64,000 nucleotides of DNA from Chiloscyllium plagiosum (lineage: Eukaryota), in contig NC_057719.1 of assembly GCF_004010195.1 (NCBI RefSeq), positions 46,609,533 to 46,673,532 of the forward strand, in the 5' to 3' direction. The position numbers were made by a program, and so were the translations under genes. A model generated the notes under the pieces. It made no database searches and had not been told where the DNA came from. It was given only the letters and a program-made list of their open reading frames with translations. Shown here piece after piece: positions 12,967 to 25,457 of this stretch; the first letter of the stretch is position 1; the number at the start of each line of letters is the position of its first letter.

Positions 12967-13431
12967 CCTGTCCTGTGCAGGGTAGGCGCTGAGTGATACC
13001 CAAAACAAAGGCCATTATGAGGAGGGAGGTCAGAAAGGGCAAGCAGTCCTGTGGGAAACGTACCCAGGAGCAGCTGGGACTTGGTGCGGAGAGGACTGGA
13101 GGCTTGGGGCAGAGCTGGGATGGTTGTTAGACTGTGGTCTGGCGCAGACAGTGCTGAGCTCCCACAGTGTCATGTTTATGTGTAATTTATTTATCTGACA
13201 GTAATGTCCATCTTTTAACTATGTCTCATTTCCAACTTATTCTTTAAACACTGTAAAGTAATGCAACTAATTTTATTTTTTATTCCTCTTTTTGAGTCTA
13301 AGATTTGTTCCTATGCACTTGTACATAAGATTGAACCATAAAAGGCAGCATTGCAAAACTTTTCACCGTATTCCTGTACTTCTGTACTTGAGTACACATG
13401 ACAATAAAAGATATTCTAATTCTAATTCTAA
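12967..13431 (+). mobile_element. 3' body and Rex1-type tail of a non-autonomous retroelement continuous with the minisatellite
   Basis: Ends AAACTTTTCACCGTA..GAGTACACATGACAATAAAAG..(TTCTAA)3, the same terminal motif as the Rex1-like LINE (17150-17212) and the element at 36023-36866. Confidence 0.65.
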
Positions 13432-13645
13432 AGTCGGACTGTTTTCACTGGGAAGATGGAGGCTGAGTGGGTAATCCAATGGAGGTCTACAAAATTATGA
13501 CAGGCCTAGATAGGATGGAAGGTGAGAAGCTTTATTCCAGGACAGAAAGGTCAACTAAAGAGGGCACAGGTCCAAGTCAAGAGGGGAAAAGTTTAGGGGA
13601 ACAGTGTGGGGAGGGTGATGTGCGTCTGGAATACACTCCCAGTAG
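13432..13645 (+). mobile_element. Short degenerate CR1 3' fragment
   Basis: GLFSLGRWRLSG / MEVYKIMTGLDRM motifs. Confidence 0.7.
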
Positions 13646-15132
13646 AGGTGGCTTTTTGGAACAGCTTGTCATGGAGCCCACAAGGGAGCAGGCTATTCTG
13701 GACCCAGTGCTATGTAATGAACCAGACTTTATAAAAAATCTTAAAGTAAGGGAACACTTAGGAAGCAGCGATCGTAATATGGTAGAGTTCAGTCTGCAGT
13801 TTGAAAGAGAGAAGGCAAAATCGGATGTAATGGTGTTACAGTTAATTATGAGGTAATTATGAGGGCATGAGAGAGGAACTGACGAAAATCGACTGGAAGC
13901 AGAGCCTAGCGGGGAAGACAGTTGAGCAAAAATGGCAGGAGTTTGTGGGTGTAATTGAGGACACCGTACAGAGTTTCATCCCCAAGAAAAGAAAGATTAT
14001 CCGGGGAGGGATTAGACAGCCATGGCTGACAAAGGAAGTCAGGAAATGTATTAAAGAAAAAGAGAGATCCTATAAAATGGCCAAGAACACTAGGAAATCA
14101 GAAGATTGGGAAGGCTACAAAAACAAACAGGATAACAAAGAGAGAAATAAGGAAGGAGAGGATCAAATATGAAGGTAGGCTAGCCAGTAATATTAGAAAT
14201 GATAGTAAAAGTTTCTTTTAATACATAAGAAACAAACGACAGGCAAAAGTAGACATTGGGCCACTTCAAACTGAGGCTGGAAGGCTTGTGATGGGAGATA
14301 AGGAAATAACTGGAGAACTTAATAAGTACTTTGCGTCAGTCTTCACAGTGGAAGACATGAGTAATATCCCAACAATTAAAGGGAGTCAGGGGGCTGAGTT
14401 GAGTATGGTTGCCATTACAAAAGAGAAAGTGCTAGAAAAGCTAAAAGATCTTAAAATTGATAAATCTCTTGGCCCCGATGGGCTACATCCTAGAGTTCTG
14501 AGTGAGGGGGTTGAGGAAATAGTGGAGGCTTTGGTTGAGATCTTTCAAAAGTCACTGGAGTCAGGGAAAGTCCCGGATGATTGGAAGATCGCTGTTGTAA
14601 CCCCCCTGTTCAAGAAAGGATCAAGACAAAAGATGGAAAATTATAGGCCAATTAGCCTAACCTCGGTTGTTGGTAAAATTCTAGAATCCATCATTAAGGA
14701 TGAGGTTTCTAAATTCATGGAAGAGCAGGGTCGGATTAGAAGAAGTCAACATGGATTTAGTAAGGGGAGGTCGTGCCTGACAAACCTGTTGGAATTCTTT
14801 GAAGAGGTGAAAAGTAGGTTAGACCAGGGAAACCCAGTGGATGTGGTCTATCTAGACTTTCAAAAGGCCTTTGATAAGGCGCCACACGGGAGGCTGCTGA
14901 GCAAGGTGAGGGCCATGGTGTTCGAGGTGAGCTACTGGTATGGATTGAGGATTGGCTGTCTGACAGAAGGCAGAAAGTTGGGATAAAAGGTTCTTTTTTG
15001 GAATGGCAGCCGGTGACAAGCGGTGTCCCGCAGGGTTCAGTGTTGGGGCCGCAGCTGTTCACGTTATACATTAATGTTCTGGATGAAGGGACTGGGGGCA
15101 TTCTAACGAAGTTTGCCGATGATATGAAGTTA
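13646..15132 (+). mobile_element. CR1 LINE ORF2 (end of endonuclease and RT), relatively well preserved, runs into the assembly gap
   Basis: ORF 14288..14986 has GPDGLHPRVL, WKIAVVTPLFKKG, NYRPISLTSVVGKILE, QHGF, VYLDFQKAFD; followed by [11 protein letters not shown] and FADD. Confidence 0.95.
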
Positions 15133-15212
15133 NNNNNNNNNNNNNNNNNNNNNNNNNNNNNNNNNNNNNNNNNNNNNNNNNNNNNNNNNNNNNNNNNNNN
15201 NNNNNNNNNNNN
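15133..15212. other. Assembly gap (80 N)
   Basis: Run of N. Confidence 1.
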
Positions 15213-15427
15213 ACCCAGTACTCTGCCTTCCTGTTTTTCTTCCCAAAGTGAATCACCTCACATTTAGCTGCATTGAACTCCATTTGCCACCTCTCAGCCC
15301 AATCCTGCAGTTTATCCAAGTTTCCCTGCAACCTGCAACATTCTTCCCAACTGTCCACTACTCCACCGACTTTAGTGTTATCTGCAAATTTACTAACCCA
15401 TCCACCTATGCCTGCGCCTAAGTCATT
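15213..15427 (-). mobile_element. CR1 RT fragment, inverted relative to neighbours
   Basis: Minus strand reads LQGNLDKLQDWAERWQMEFNAAKCEVIHFG. Confidence 0.85.
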
Positions 15428-15822
15428 TAGGGGAGATCTAATAGAAACTTACAAGATAATACATGGCTTGGAGAGGGTGGACGCTAGGAAATTGTTTCTG
15501 TTAGGCGAGGAGACTAGGACCCGTGGGCACAGCCTTAGAATTAGAGGGGGTAAATTCAGAACAGAAATGCGGAGACATTTCTTCAGCCAGAGAGTGGTGG
15601 GCCTGTGGAATTCATTGCCGCGGAGTGCAGTGGAGGCCGGGCGCTAAATGTCTTCAAGGCAGAGATCGATAAATTCTTGATGTCACAAGGAATTAAGGGC
15701 TACGGGGAGAATGCGGGTAAGTGGAGTTGAAATGCCCATCAGCCATGATTGAATGGCGGAGTGGACTCGATGGGCCGAATGGCCTTACTTCCACTCCTAT
15801 GTCTTATGGTCTTATGGTCTTA
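15428..15822 (+). mobile_element. CR1 3' end with (CTTATGGT)n tail
   Basis: RGDLIETYKII..TRGHSLRIRGG..FFSQRVVGLWNSLP, then the 3' UTR and an octamer tail. Confidence 0.9.
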
Positions 15823-15910
15823 TAGGTGGTGGAAGCAGGTACATTTTGTTTGGCAATACTCCCTAGGGCCCTACCATGAACTGTATAAATCCAGCCCCTG
15901 GTTGGCCTTA

Positions 15911-17212
15911 CCTCCATAATCATGGAGTGATTTGAGAGGCCCACATCAACTCCAGTCTTCTTGCCTGCCTTGATCCCCTGCAATTTGCCTATCGGCATAA
16001 CAGGTCCACAGCGGAGGCCATATCCTTAGCCCTGTATTCATCCCTAAAACATCTGGACAACAAGGACACCTATGTCAGACTCCTGCTCACCGACTAGAGC
16101 CCTGCCTTCAACACCATAATTCCTTCCAGACTCATCTCAAAATTCCAAGGTCTAGGTCATGGCTCCGCCCTCTTTAACTGGATCCTCAACTTCCTGACCC
16201 ACAGACTGTAATCAGTGAAGATAGACAACTGCACATCATCCATGATAACACTCAACACTGGAGCTGTTCCAAGGATGCGCTCTCAGCCCCCTACTGTACT
16301 CATGTACCCATGACTATGTAGCCAAATTCCAAATGAATGCCATTTCCAAGTTTGCTGACAACACCACCATGATCGGATGGATATCAAACAATGATGAATC
16401 AGAACACACAAAGGAACAATGGCTTGGTGACGTTGTGCAATGAGAACAACATCTCTCTCAACGAACTGATCACTGACTTCCGAAAGAAAGGAGGAGGACA
16501 TGTCCCCATTTACATCAACAGAGCTGAGGTTCAGAGGGTGGAATATGTCAAGTTCCCCGGAGTGACGAATACAGACAACCGGTCCTGGATTTCTCACGTC
16601 AATGCAATGGTCAAAAAGACACAACAACACCTCTTCTTCCTCAGGCAGCTCAGGAAGTTTGCCATGTCCATTAAGATCTTCGTCAATCTTTACAGATGCA
16701 CTATAGAAAACATACTGTCCGAGTGCATAAAGACCTGGTATGGCAACTGCTCTGGCCAGGACTGTAAGAAACTACAGAAGGTTGTGTGTACAGGCGGGCC
16801 ATCATGGAAGCCAACCTTCCATCCATCGACACCATTTACACCTGTCATTGCTGTAGAAAGGCTGCCAACATCATCAAAGATCCATCCCGCCCTGGTAATG
16901 CACTCTTTCAGGCAGAAGATACTGAAGCTTGAACCACGCACGAACAGGTTAAAGAACAGCTTCTTCCCTGCCATTATTAGACTGATGAATGGATTCTCTA
17001 ACTTCAAATCATATTGATCTTGTTAATTCAGCTTGCCTCGCACACATCCTGTGTGGTGTAACCTGTATGCCTCACTCTGTCCAAGTTTGTTTCACCCTAT
17101 GATCTGTCTGTCCCTGCTTATTATGATCTATCTGTACTGCTCGCAAACAAAGCTTTTCACTGTACTGTACTTAGGTACACATGACATTAAATTATATCAG
17201 TCAAGCAATCAA
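15911..17212 (+). mobile_element. Rex1/Babar-like LINE, 5'-truncated, nested in a minus-strand CR1
   Basis: [47 protein letters not shown] 16391..17017 with QQHLFFLRQLRKF..YRCTIENILS..WYGNC and TNRLKNSFFPAIIRL. Tail CTTTTCACTGTAC..ACACATGACA. Confidence 0.9.
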
Positions 17213-17945
17213 AATGTAGCACCTCACATTTATTCAAATTAAACTCCATTGCCACTCCTCGGTCCATTAGCCCATCTGATTAAGATCCCATTGTGCTCTG
17301 AGATAATCTTCTTTGCTGTCCACTACACCTCCAATTTTGGTGCTATTTGAAAACTTACTAACTATACTTCCTATATTCACATCCAAATCATTTAAATAAA
17401 TGACAAAAAGTAGTGGACCCAGCACTGTTCATTGTGGCAACCATTGGTCACAGGCCTCCAGTCTGAAAAGCAGCCCTCCACCACCACTCTCCGTCACCTA
17501 TCTTAGAGTCAATTTTGTATCCAAATGGCTAGCTAGCTCTCCCTGTATTCTATGTGCTCTAACCTTGCTAACCATTCTACCATGTGCAACCTTGTAGAAG
17601 GCCTTGCTGAAGCCCCTTCATCAGACTTCGTTGTCACTTCTTCAAAAAAACTCAATCAAGTTAGTGAGACATGATTTCCCACACACGAAGCCATGTTGAC
17701 TTTCCTTGCCTTTCCAAGTACATGTAAATCCTGTCCCTCATAATCCCCTCCAAAAACTTACCCATCACTGATGTCAGGCTCAGCAGTCGACAGTTCCCTG
17801 GCTTTTCGTTACCACTTTTCTTAAATAATGGCACCACGTTAGCCAGCCTCCAGTCTTCCAGCACCTCACCCATAGCTATCAATGATACAAATATCTCAGC
17901 AAGGGGCCCAGCAATCACTTCCCTAGCTTCCCACAAAGTTATCTT
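17210..17945 (-). mobile_element. CR1 RT fragment (continues at 15840-15910 across the Rex1 insertion)
   Basis: Minus strand reads EVIAGPLAEIF..WRLANVVPLFKK..LTSVMGKFLEGI. Confidence 0.85.
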
Positions 17946-18177
17946 ATCTAAGATGGTAGTAAAATTGTGACTTCTGAGTTTAGCAATTCTGGTTAATGGA
18001 ATTCTGGTTAGCCTGGAGTTCTGGGTGTGGGTCACCAGGATCAGCACAGGAACTGTGCAAGGACAGGACCAAGTGCAATTGATGGAGCCCCCATGCCACC
18101 ATGAGCCCTGTTGCCTAGTTACATTTAGTGTCTTGAATTTGCACACATTTTATTATGTCAGAATATACCCTCGGTGA

Positions 18178-18756
18178 TATATTGGGTGTGGGTGTTTGCA
18201 CTCCCTTTTTGATTTTCTTAAAAACCTCCTCCTTTGCTTTTAGTTGTACTTCAGTCCAACACTCCTGATCTTCGGGCACCCGGTACGGAGGACGGAGGGC
18301 AGGTCTGAAGACCTCCTTGTGGGTCTGCTCCTGGGCCTGGCCAAACTGGCCATAAACAGGTCCAGGCAGCGGGCCGTGGAGGGGGTCGTTAGGGCCGACT
18401 GCCTGCCCCTCTTCCACGGTTACGTTAGAGCCCGGGTGTCTCCACCGACACCCTGGAGTTGTTCAGGGAGAGGTGGGCGCCGCAGGGAGTGGAGTGCATT
18501 ATTTCCCCCTCCAACTCTATTTTGATTTAATCCCTGCCCTCCCTTTCACTGTTTGATCACACAGCATTGCCCTTTGACGTGAAGGGCACTGCTTGTCACT
18601 GGCCACTCGGGTGTTTCCTATCTTCCTGGTGGTGGAAACTGAATAAAGATTCGTGCACCTGCACACACACACACACAACATGGGTGCTGGGGGAAAAAAT
18701 AAGCACTACCGCAGTTAGGTGGAAGTGTGGGGGTTAAAAAAAAGAAAAAAATGTAT
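18178..18756 (+). mobile_element. L1/Tx1-type LINE 3' end with 15-bp TSD
   Basis: LLVGLLLGLAKLAINRSR..LFHGYVRARV..FRERW C-terminal motifs, AATAAA and an A-rich tail. TSD ATATACCCTCGGTGA at 18163-18177 and 18757-18771. Confidence 0.8.
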
Positions 18757-19149
18757 ATATACCCTCGGTGAGGTCCATTCTGAACCAGGACTTCATTCCA
18801 TTGTTTTTATTTCTTGTTGGTGCTTACATAGGTGTTCTAGTTTGGCATGGGTGGGAGGTTGGCTGGCTAACCGGAAGCAGGAGGCAGAATCTTGCCCATT
18901 TTCAGTTAAGATGTTTCATCAAGTGCAATTTGTGGTGCCCAGTTGCCATGACACATAGCAGATTTTCTCGCACATTCTTCACCACATTAATTATGGAACT
19001 GGGCACTGTCACACCCTCCTTGTGGAATCATACGGCAGGAAAGGTAGAAGTGCCCACCATTACTGGGACCTTTGAGCATTCAGGCCTCTACTTAAAGCTC
19101 AGCTATACCTGACATAGACAATCACGCCAAGAACTGTCTCACATGGTGT

Positions 19150-19800
19150 GATGCTGAAATATGGCCATAGGAAAGGAAGGTTCACTCCTCTCTTCTTGAT
19201 CTGGGACCTGGAGGTGCTGGTAGATGGGATGGTGCTGGGGAGAAGGCCCATCCTTTTTCTTACACTGTCCCACAGGAGGCCACACCAGCAGACCAAGAGA
19301 ACTTGGATCCAGATTGCAGCTTTATCTCAAGTGCAGGGTCAACATGAATGATGTCCTGTGCTCTCCAAACGTAAGTGCTACTGTTTTCCCACTGCTATTT
19401 CACAGTCACAGGGCCTCCCACTGACTCTAACGCTGTCATTACACATATTTCTCACCAAGACTTGTGGATTACAATGCTCACCGCTGGATGCATATTTTAC
19501 ACTCAATGCGTTTCCACCACCTCATTTTCCTAAATTACTAATTCTTCCTGCTCTCTGCACGTCCTGTTCTCTCAGTGGGAGCACTTCACCACTTCTCCTG
19601 TTCCTGCATCACCTCTAACTGCTCTTCCATCCACCTCCAACATGCTCAATCCCTCCCTCTGTGTCATTGCAAAAAGACTGGCTCATGACCAGGCCAAAAG
19701 ATCCAAGACCAACATGGGGTGGGGGCAGAGATCAAACTCCATGCTCCAAGTGAAGTGAAGATTCTTGAATTCGATGGACAACAGGGTTATGATATCAGCC
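19150..19800 (+). mobile_element. Relic of a PIF/Harbinger Myb/SANT-like DNA-binding gene (two exons)
   Basis: DLEVLVDGMV..RRPILF..RRPHQQTKRTWIQIAA..CRVNMND resembles the trihelix Myb/SANT domain. A GTAAGT donor follows at ~19370, and a downstream segment reads LAHDQAKRSKT. Confidence 0.55.
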
Positions 19801-19802
19801 AA

Positions 19803-20692
19803 TGTTATAACTGGATAGGTCAGATCCCAGACTGAAATCTGGCTTGATATATTATGGTTCTCACTGAAACATAAGTGCAGAACACTCCAGGTTTGCTTTT
19901 AGCAATAAAACAGAATATATTAAGCAAATTAAATGAAGATAAAATGAATTAAACCAATTTACATGTCTTAAAAGTTTAAAGGCTTTGAGCTATATAGCAA
20001 AACACAAAATCCTTTTGCAGCTTGCATAACAAAGAGAATTCCCTTTGATTTTGCATCTACAGGGTTTAACTTAAACTGTGGTTGTCAATCCAATAGGCTG
20101 TTCTGGAGCCTTCATTCAGCTGAGCTTATATTTTCTTAGCTTCGAAAACACTCTTCAGGGTTTTAAACAAACATTTCTGATCTTGAACATATGGATTTTA
20201 ACTTCCAATATTATGGTAATCTCTTTCCTAACAGCCCTAACCACCTTCCTTTTTTAAGAGCAGTTATTTTATTCATCCAGCTTCAGCCAAAGCTTCTGCA
20301 AAACAGCTCAAATTGAACTGAAAGGCTTTCCTTCCCAGGCCATGGGTGTTTCCCTTAATCAAAAGAAAAATAATCCATTCTTAACTTATTAAACTGAATC
20401 AAATGCACAATTTTTGCTTTTGGTCACTTGTAAAATTCTCCCAATGTAACCAAATTCCTAATATCTTCCCCAAATGATTCTTCTCAGACTGTTTTAAAAA
20501 AAAGTTGCTGGTCTTGGACCTTTTTGGTCTGGTTACGGGCCAATCCTCTTTCACCATAGCTACGGAAATACCTACAAATTAATCATGAAATGTCTTTAAA
20601 CACACAGAAAACCCATATGTCACTAGTTCAAAATTCAAGAATCAAAACTCAGTGATAGAAATACAGATACAAATCACACACCTCACATTACA
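19803..20692 (-). mobile_element. Putative 3' LTR of a Gypsy element
   Basis: On the minus strand it starts TGTAAT right after a purine tract (GGAGAGG) and ends TTATAACA. It lies immediately downstream of the RNase H relic. Confidence 0.55.
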
Positions 20693-20859
20693 CCTCTCCA
20701 CAAAGAAGAACGAAAATGTCTTTTTAAGAGGCATTGCTATTCCTCATCGAAATGACCTTAACACTACATCTATGGCTCACTAACAGTACTAACATGTTGA
20801 CACTAAACATACAATGAGTTATACAACAATCATGTTTGATATAAGTCCATCGGCACATG

Positions 20860-21480
20860 TGCTCTCAAGAAAGCATCTGCTATAGTGTTTTATTTTCTAG
20901 GAGCATGAATGATATTCAAATGATATGATTGGACAATAAAGCTCCAGTGAAATAGTCATTAATTCTTGTAAAAGGTTCTCCAAGAAAATCAAAGGATCAT
21001 GGTCCTTACAAAGAACAGTGTCTTCCACATAGTTGGTGACCTAAATGTAAAAATGATATCGCGCCGGCACTCGGCTCAATGTCTTCTTCACCGTGGAATA
21101 CTTTTGCTGACAGTCAGTCAGTTTCCTTCAAACAGAACTGACAGACTATTCAAACCCTCACCTTTTCACATTGCAGTAAAAACTGCCCCCACACTGAGGT
21201 CCTTGACAATCAACAGCTAGTTTGAACATCTTTGAATAACTCTACACAGCGAAAACCAGTGCAGCTGTCAGCCCAGCTTTCTTGTTTTCAAAGGCATTTT
21301 GACGCGCTTGCATTCATTCAAACATTCTGCACTTTTCAACAACTTTGTTAAAGATGTAATGACAGTGTTGAAGTTTGGAACAAGCTTACGATAAAATGAC
21401 CCATGCCAACATAACACGAAAAGTCACATTTTGTCCTAGGCACAGGAGTACCCAAAGTAGCCCGTACTTTCATCTCTGCA
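20860..21480 (-). mobile_element. Degenerate Gypsy RT connection/RNase H
   Basis: Minus-strand translation with frameshifts: PVPRTK..YVGMG.FYRKLVPNF..ITSLTKLL..FKLAVD..VGAV..QQKYSTV..DHDPLIFL..LFHWS..NTIADAFLR. Confidence 0.75.
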
Positions 21481-22689
21481 GATACTACATGATAAAGAAT
21501 TAGAAGAAGTGCAAAGCCAGGGTATTCATTCGCGAAGCATGCCTTCCAGAGGTGAGCTCTAACTTCGGGAGCTTGATGAGGCATTGTTCTGTTGTCTTCT
21601 CTTGGACAGCGCTCCTGAACTGAAGTTCTGAAGAGAAGTCATATCGTTCTCAAAGCATCAATTCTGTTTCTCTTTCCACAGATGCTAGCAGATCTGCTGA
21701 ATTTCCTCAGCACTTTGTTTTTGTAGCAAGATTCCAATTTTGTTTCATTTGTGAATGACTGGCAGTCTCTTCCTGTGACATATGTTCCCTCTGGTGTTGC
21801 TATCCCTCTAGCCTCTATGCTGACTCAGCCTCACTCTACTTCCATTGAGTCCCTTAAATGATTATTAACGTCCCCACTTTACCACCAGAACCCACAATTT
21901 TAGAACTTGCCATGCTCTTGTTGACCTTGCTGTCCACTCATGTAGAGTTCAGAGTTCCTGTGGCTTATTTAAATCTATTTCCAAAGCTCTCAATCCCCCC
22001 CAATTCACTGTGAGGCTTCATCCTACTGTCTTGAGTTTTCTATCACTGTCACCATTTCCCCAGCAAGCCAGCACAATGAAGCCCAAAGCTTAACATGAGT
22101 TGCCTGCTTTGCCCAAGAATCCACGGACTGCACTTTGATAAGACACTGGACCATTAAGGACCAAATTGCAGGGCTGACTTGGCAGGATGGTCCAGATTGG
22201 TCATGGCCCACCCTTCAGACCAATGTCTCCAAGCAACCTGACTGAGCTACCTGCAATCCCTAGTCTGTTTGCATATGGCCCAATCCCGGACTGCCAGGAC
22301 ATAGATCCACGAATTCTGTTCGGATTAATAAACCAACTGACCATTGTCAAACCTCTAGGCTGGCATGGGATGGGCCCTTTGACTAACTGTGACATTACCC
22401 TTTGATTGACTATAATGCCCCTTGACCTCACTAAGAACTGCTCCACTTTGACTTTCAGACATGGCCATTTGCTTAAACCACATGCAGTGAGTCGGAAAGA
22501 AAACAGAAAGTGCTAAAGAAATTCAACAGTGTCAGTGGATAAAGAAACAAACTTGAATGTTTCAAGACCCATATCAGTCCCAAAAAGAGTCACATTAGAC
22601 TCGCGATGTTAACTATGTTCTTCTTTCCATAGATGCTGCCAGGCATGCTGAGTTTCTTCAGCACTTTCTAGATTATAACAGGGGATATT

Positions 22690-22945
22690 TTTCTAATCAA
22701 TCTGCTCAGAAATTACATTACAACCCTCTAGAGAAGTTTAGTCTTGAATGTAGGCCTCTTGACTTGGAGGTAGGGACACTACCACTCCATCATTCTGCCA
22801 TGAGAATGCTCCTAACAGTAGATATTTGTAATCAACCTGTTCAGAGATGTTATTACACATCTCTGGACTAGGTGGGACTTGAACATGGGCCTCCTGGCTC
22901 AGACATAGGGAAAATACCACTGCACCACAAGAACCCTTGCCTCCT
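22690..22945 (-). mobile_element. Tandem pair of short tRNA-derived SINE-like units
   Basis: Minus strand has TGGTGCAGTGG (A-box-like) and GTTCAAGTCC (B-box-like), then a short body ..AACAGGTTGATTA. Related units occur at ~27590-27745 and ~28120-28200. Confidence 0.55.
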
Positions 22946-23369
22946 AACAATGGTCTTTTTTACAATACCTTTAATCAATAGGTTCAGGCATATTATGGAA
23001 CACCTATGGAACAGATAGTACTTGGGCTCATTTCCCCCGACCCCCAACAGTGTCCTTTTCTTGATGATTTGATGCAGGTGGCGAGTATTACTTAGAGATT
23101 CACTTGAACGCTTAATAATTGGACAAACAAGATTGATAGTTCTTAGGTTAGGAGGTGTACATTTGCAATGCGTAACTCTGAAAATAAAAAAATTGTAAAG
23201 CTTGCCTCCAGTTTTAGCCTTCATCAATATTTTTTGGAGTACTACAATCTTCCTTGACATTTGTGAATTTAAATTGGAAACTAATATCAGCAGGAAGTGA
23301 TGAAGTAATAGGATAATTGATACAGAATTTACTAAGTATTCAAACCATTGAATATAACCTTGACCTTGT

Positions 23370-23660
23370 CAAAGCCTGGGTGTGCCTGGAGAAGGAGCAC
23401 GCGGTGTCCACCAACACCCTTGAGATTTTCAGGGAGAGGTGGACACCGCAGGGAGTGGAGTGTATTATTTCCCCCTCCAACTCTATTTGATTTGATCCCT
23501 GCCCTCCCCCTCACTATTTGATGACGCTGCATTGCCCTTTGATGAGAAAGGAGCTGCTTGTCATTGGCCACTTGGGTGTTTCCTTTCTTCCTGGTGGTGG
23601 AAACTGAATAAAGATTTGTACACCTGTTGTCTTTCACTGTGTCTCACACCTGCAAAAAAA
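23370..23660 (+). mobile_element. Second L1/Tx1-type 3' end, same family as 18178-18756
   Basis: Nearly identical to 18430-18660, with a poly-A tail. Degenerate TSD AATATAACCTTGACCTTGT (23351-23369) / AATACAGCCTTGACCATGT (23660-23678). Confidence 0.8.
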
Positions 23661-25457
23661 ATACAGCCTTGACCATGTGAATCACTATTTGCAATCCATT
23701 TTCCCTTCACAGTTATGTTATGCAATAACATCTCAAACAGATTTTTGAGTAAAAGCCTAATGACTAAATGGATAGCTTGGACTAAAATAATCACCAAAGG
23801 CCTTGGGCAGGATTTTCCCACTTCATCTTGAGGGTGAATCATGACAGCAGGGCTTTCGTGATTGTTGTGGAGAACAATTCTGAGGTCTGTGTCTCCACTA
23901 TCAACCCTAACTTGAATCATTCTCGGAATGGGTTTTCACATCAGGCTGTCAAATATTGCCTGCGATTCTGTAGAAATGTGACCTTTCAGACCTTCTTCAG
24001 TTTTCAAGTAATCAACTGATTCCATAGAGCCATGTGATTCACACCAGCTCAGAGGTGCCGGGACATAGTGGAGTTTGTTCCTGAATGGTTATCTGCCTCT
24101 CCCCTTCCTCCCCCATCCCACCCCCAGATGTTGGAAAGCCAGCAGTGAGAGAGTAGAAAGCTTAGATCACTGTTTTAAATTGTGCAGTTCTTTCCCTTAT
24201 CCTTTGTTTGGATATAAAGATTTAAATCTTTCAAGATGTAATGACTTCCACTGATCAGCTGCAAAGACTGGACTAAAGTACTTAAAACCAAGGGCTAGAA
24301 CTAAATCTGTCAGATTGATGTATGAGTGATCTCCCTATTGTGTACATTTAATGGCAGCATTAAGTACACTTTGAAAATTAGCAAAACAAATGCTCGTTAT
24401 ACACTTGGGATAATATGCTCATACATTGCGTCCATTTTTCTAGCACCTAATTTCACTTCTCAGTTGTCATTTCCATCACCTTCCACATGCCTATAAACTG
24501 ATACATTCTTTTCTAATTCCCAAGCACGGAGCAAATTCCAAACCTTAGCTGTTAAGCTTTGTTTTTGTTCAACTTTCACACTTACTTTCTCCACATTACA
24601 CTGCTTCAACCATGCCAGCCAGCAACTGACTTAACAATTCTTTCAAAACTCACAAAGGATGGAATTTAGGTATATTGAAAACATTTCACCAAAGTAGGAG
24701 TGAAATGCTTACTTCAACCTTGTATGTAAAGTAGACGGAGAATTAAAATTTTGTTGAAGAAAGTCCATCTCATTTGTAATGGTCAGAAACTTCAATCAGT
24801 CCATTCCCTTCATCAAAAACAAGTCTCATATGAATTCCATTTAAGCTAGGATGAGAAATCACATTGAAAGGAGGGGAAGTTGGGTTCAGTTTTAAAATAC
24901 AGGAGAAAGGAAATGTATAGGAATGTGACTAACTTGGACAGGACAAGTGGAAAATGGGAGGCATTTGTAGCATTAACAGAATAAAAGTAAGATTGAATGC
25001 CAGATGACAAGAAAATCAATTTAAATGCAACTCATCTCAGGCTGTTATATAAATGAAAATTGTCTGATCGTCCACAGGAAGTTGGAGGGTGAGCATAAAT
25101 TTAAAAAAACAGTTTACCCAACAATTTTAGACAATGTCCTGAGATTATAATCACAAATAATTTTCAAAGCATAGAATACAAAATGTGTTCATTCTCCTCA
25201 TAATTTAAAGTTTCTTAGTTTAGAAGGTTTGATAAATGTAAGATTAAAGATGCTTTAACGTCTGCTGTTAATGGTCATTGTGGAACTGCATGAACATTTA
25301 TTTTTTAAATTTGATACATTTTCCTTTATTATTAATAGAAAGAGAATTTAGAGTACCTCAGAAAATATTTTTGCGGAATGAGCAGAGATTTTTTAAAACA
25401 TGTACTTATTTGTTGTGTCACGAAATGGCAAATGTATTTCACATCAATTATTTCATT

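Noticed and set aside
3884..13042. Very long minus-strand ORFs (up to 863 aa) of repetitive peptides
   Set aside because: A 31-bp unit with no minus-strand stop codons opens all three frames. Frames shift arbitrarily at indels and there is no non-repetitive domain or splice structure, so this is not evidence of a protein.
15213..15427. Apparent internal inversion in a CR1 (twin-priming-like)
   Set aside because: It abuts an 80-N gap, so a mis-join or a separate element cannot be excluded.
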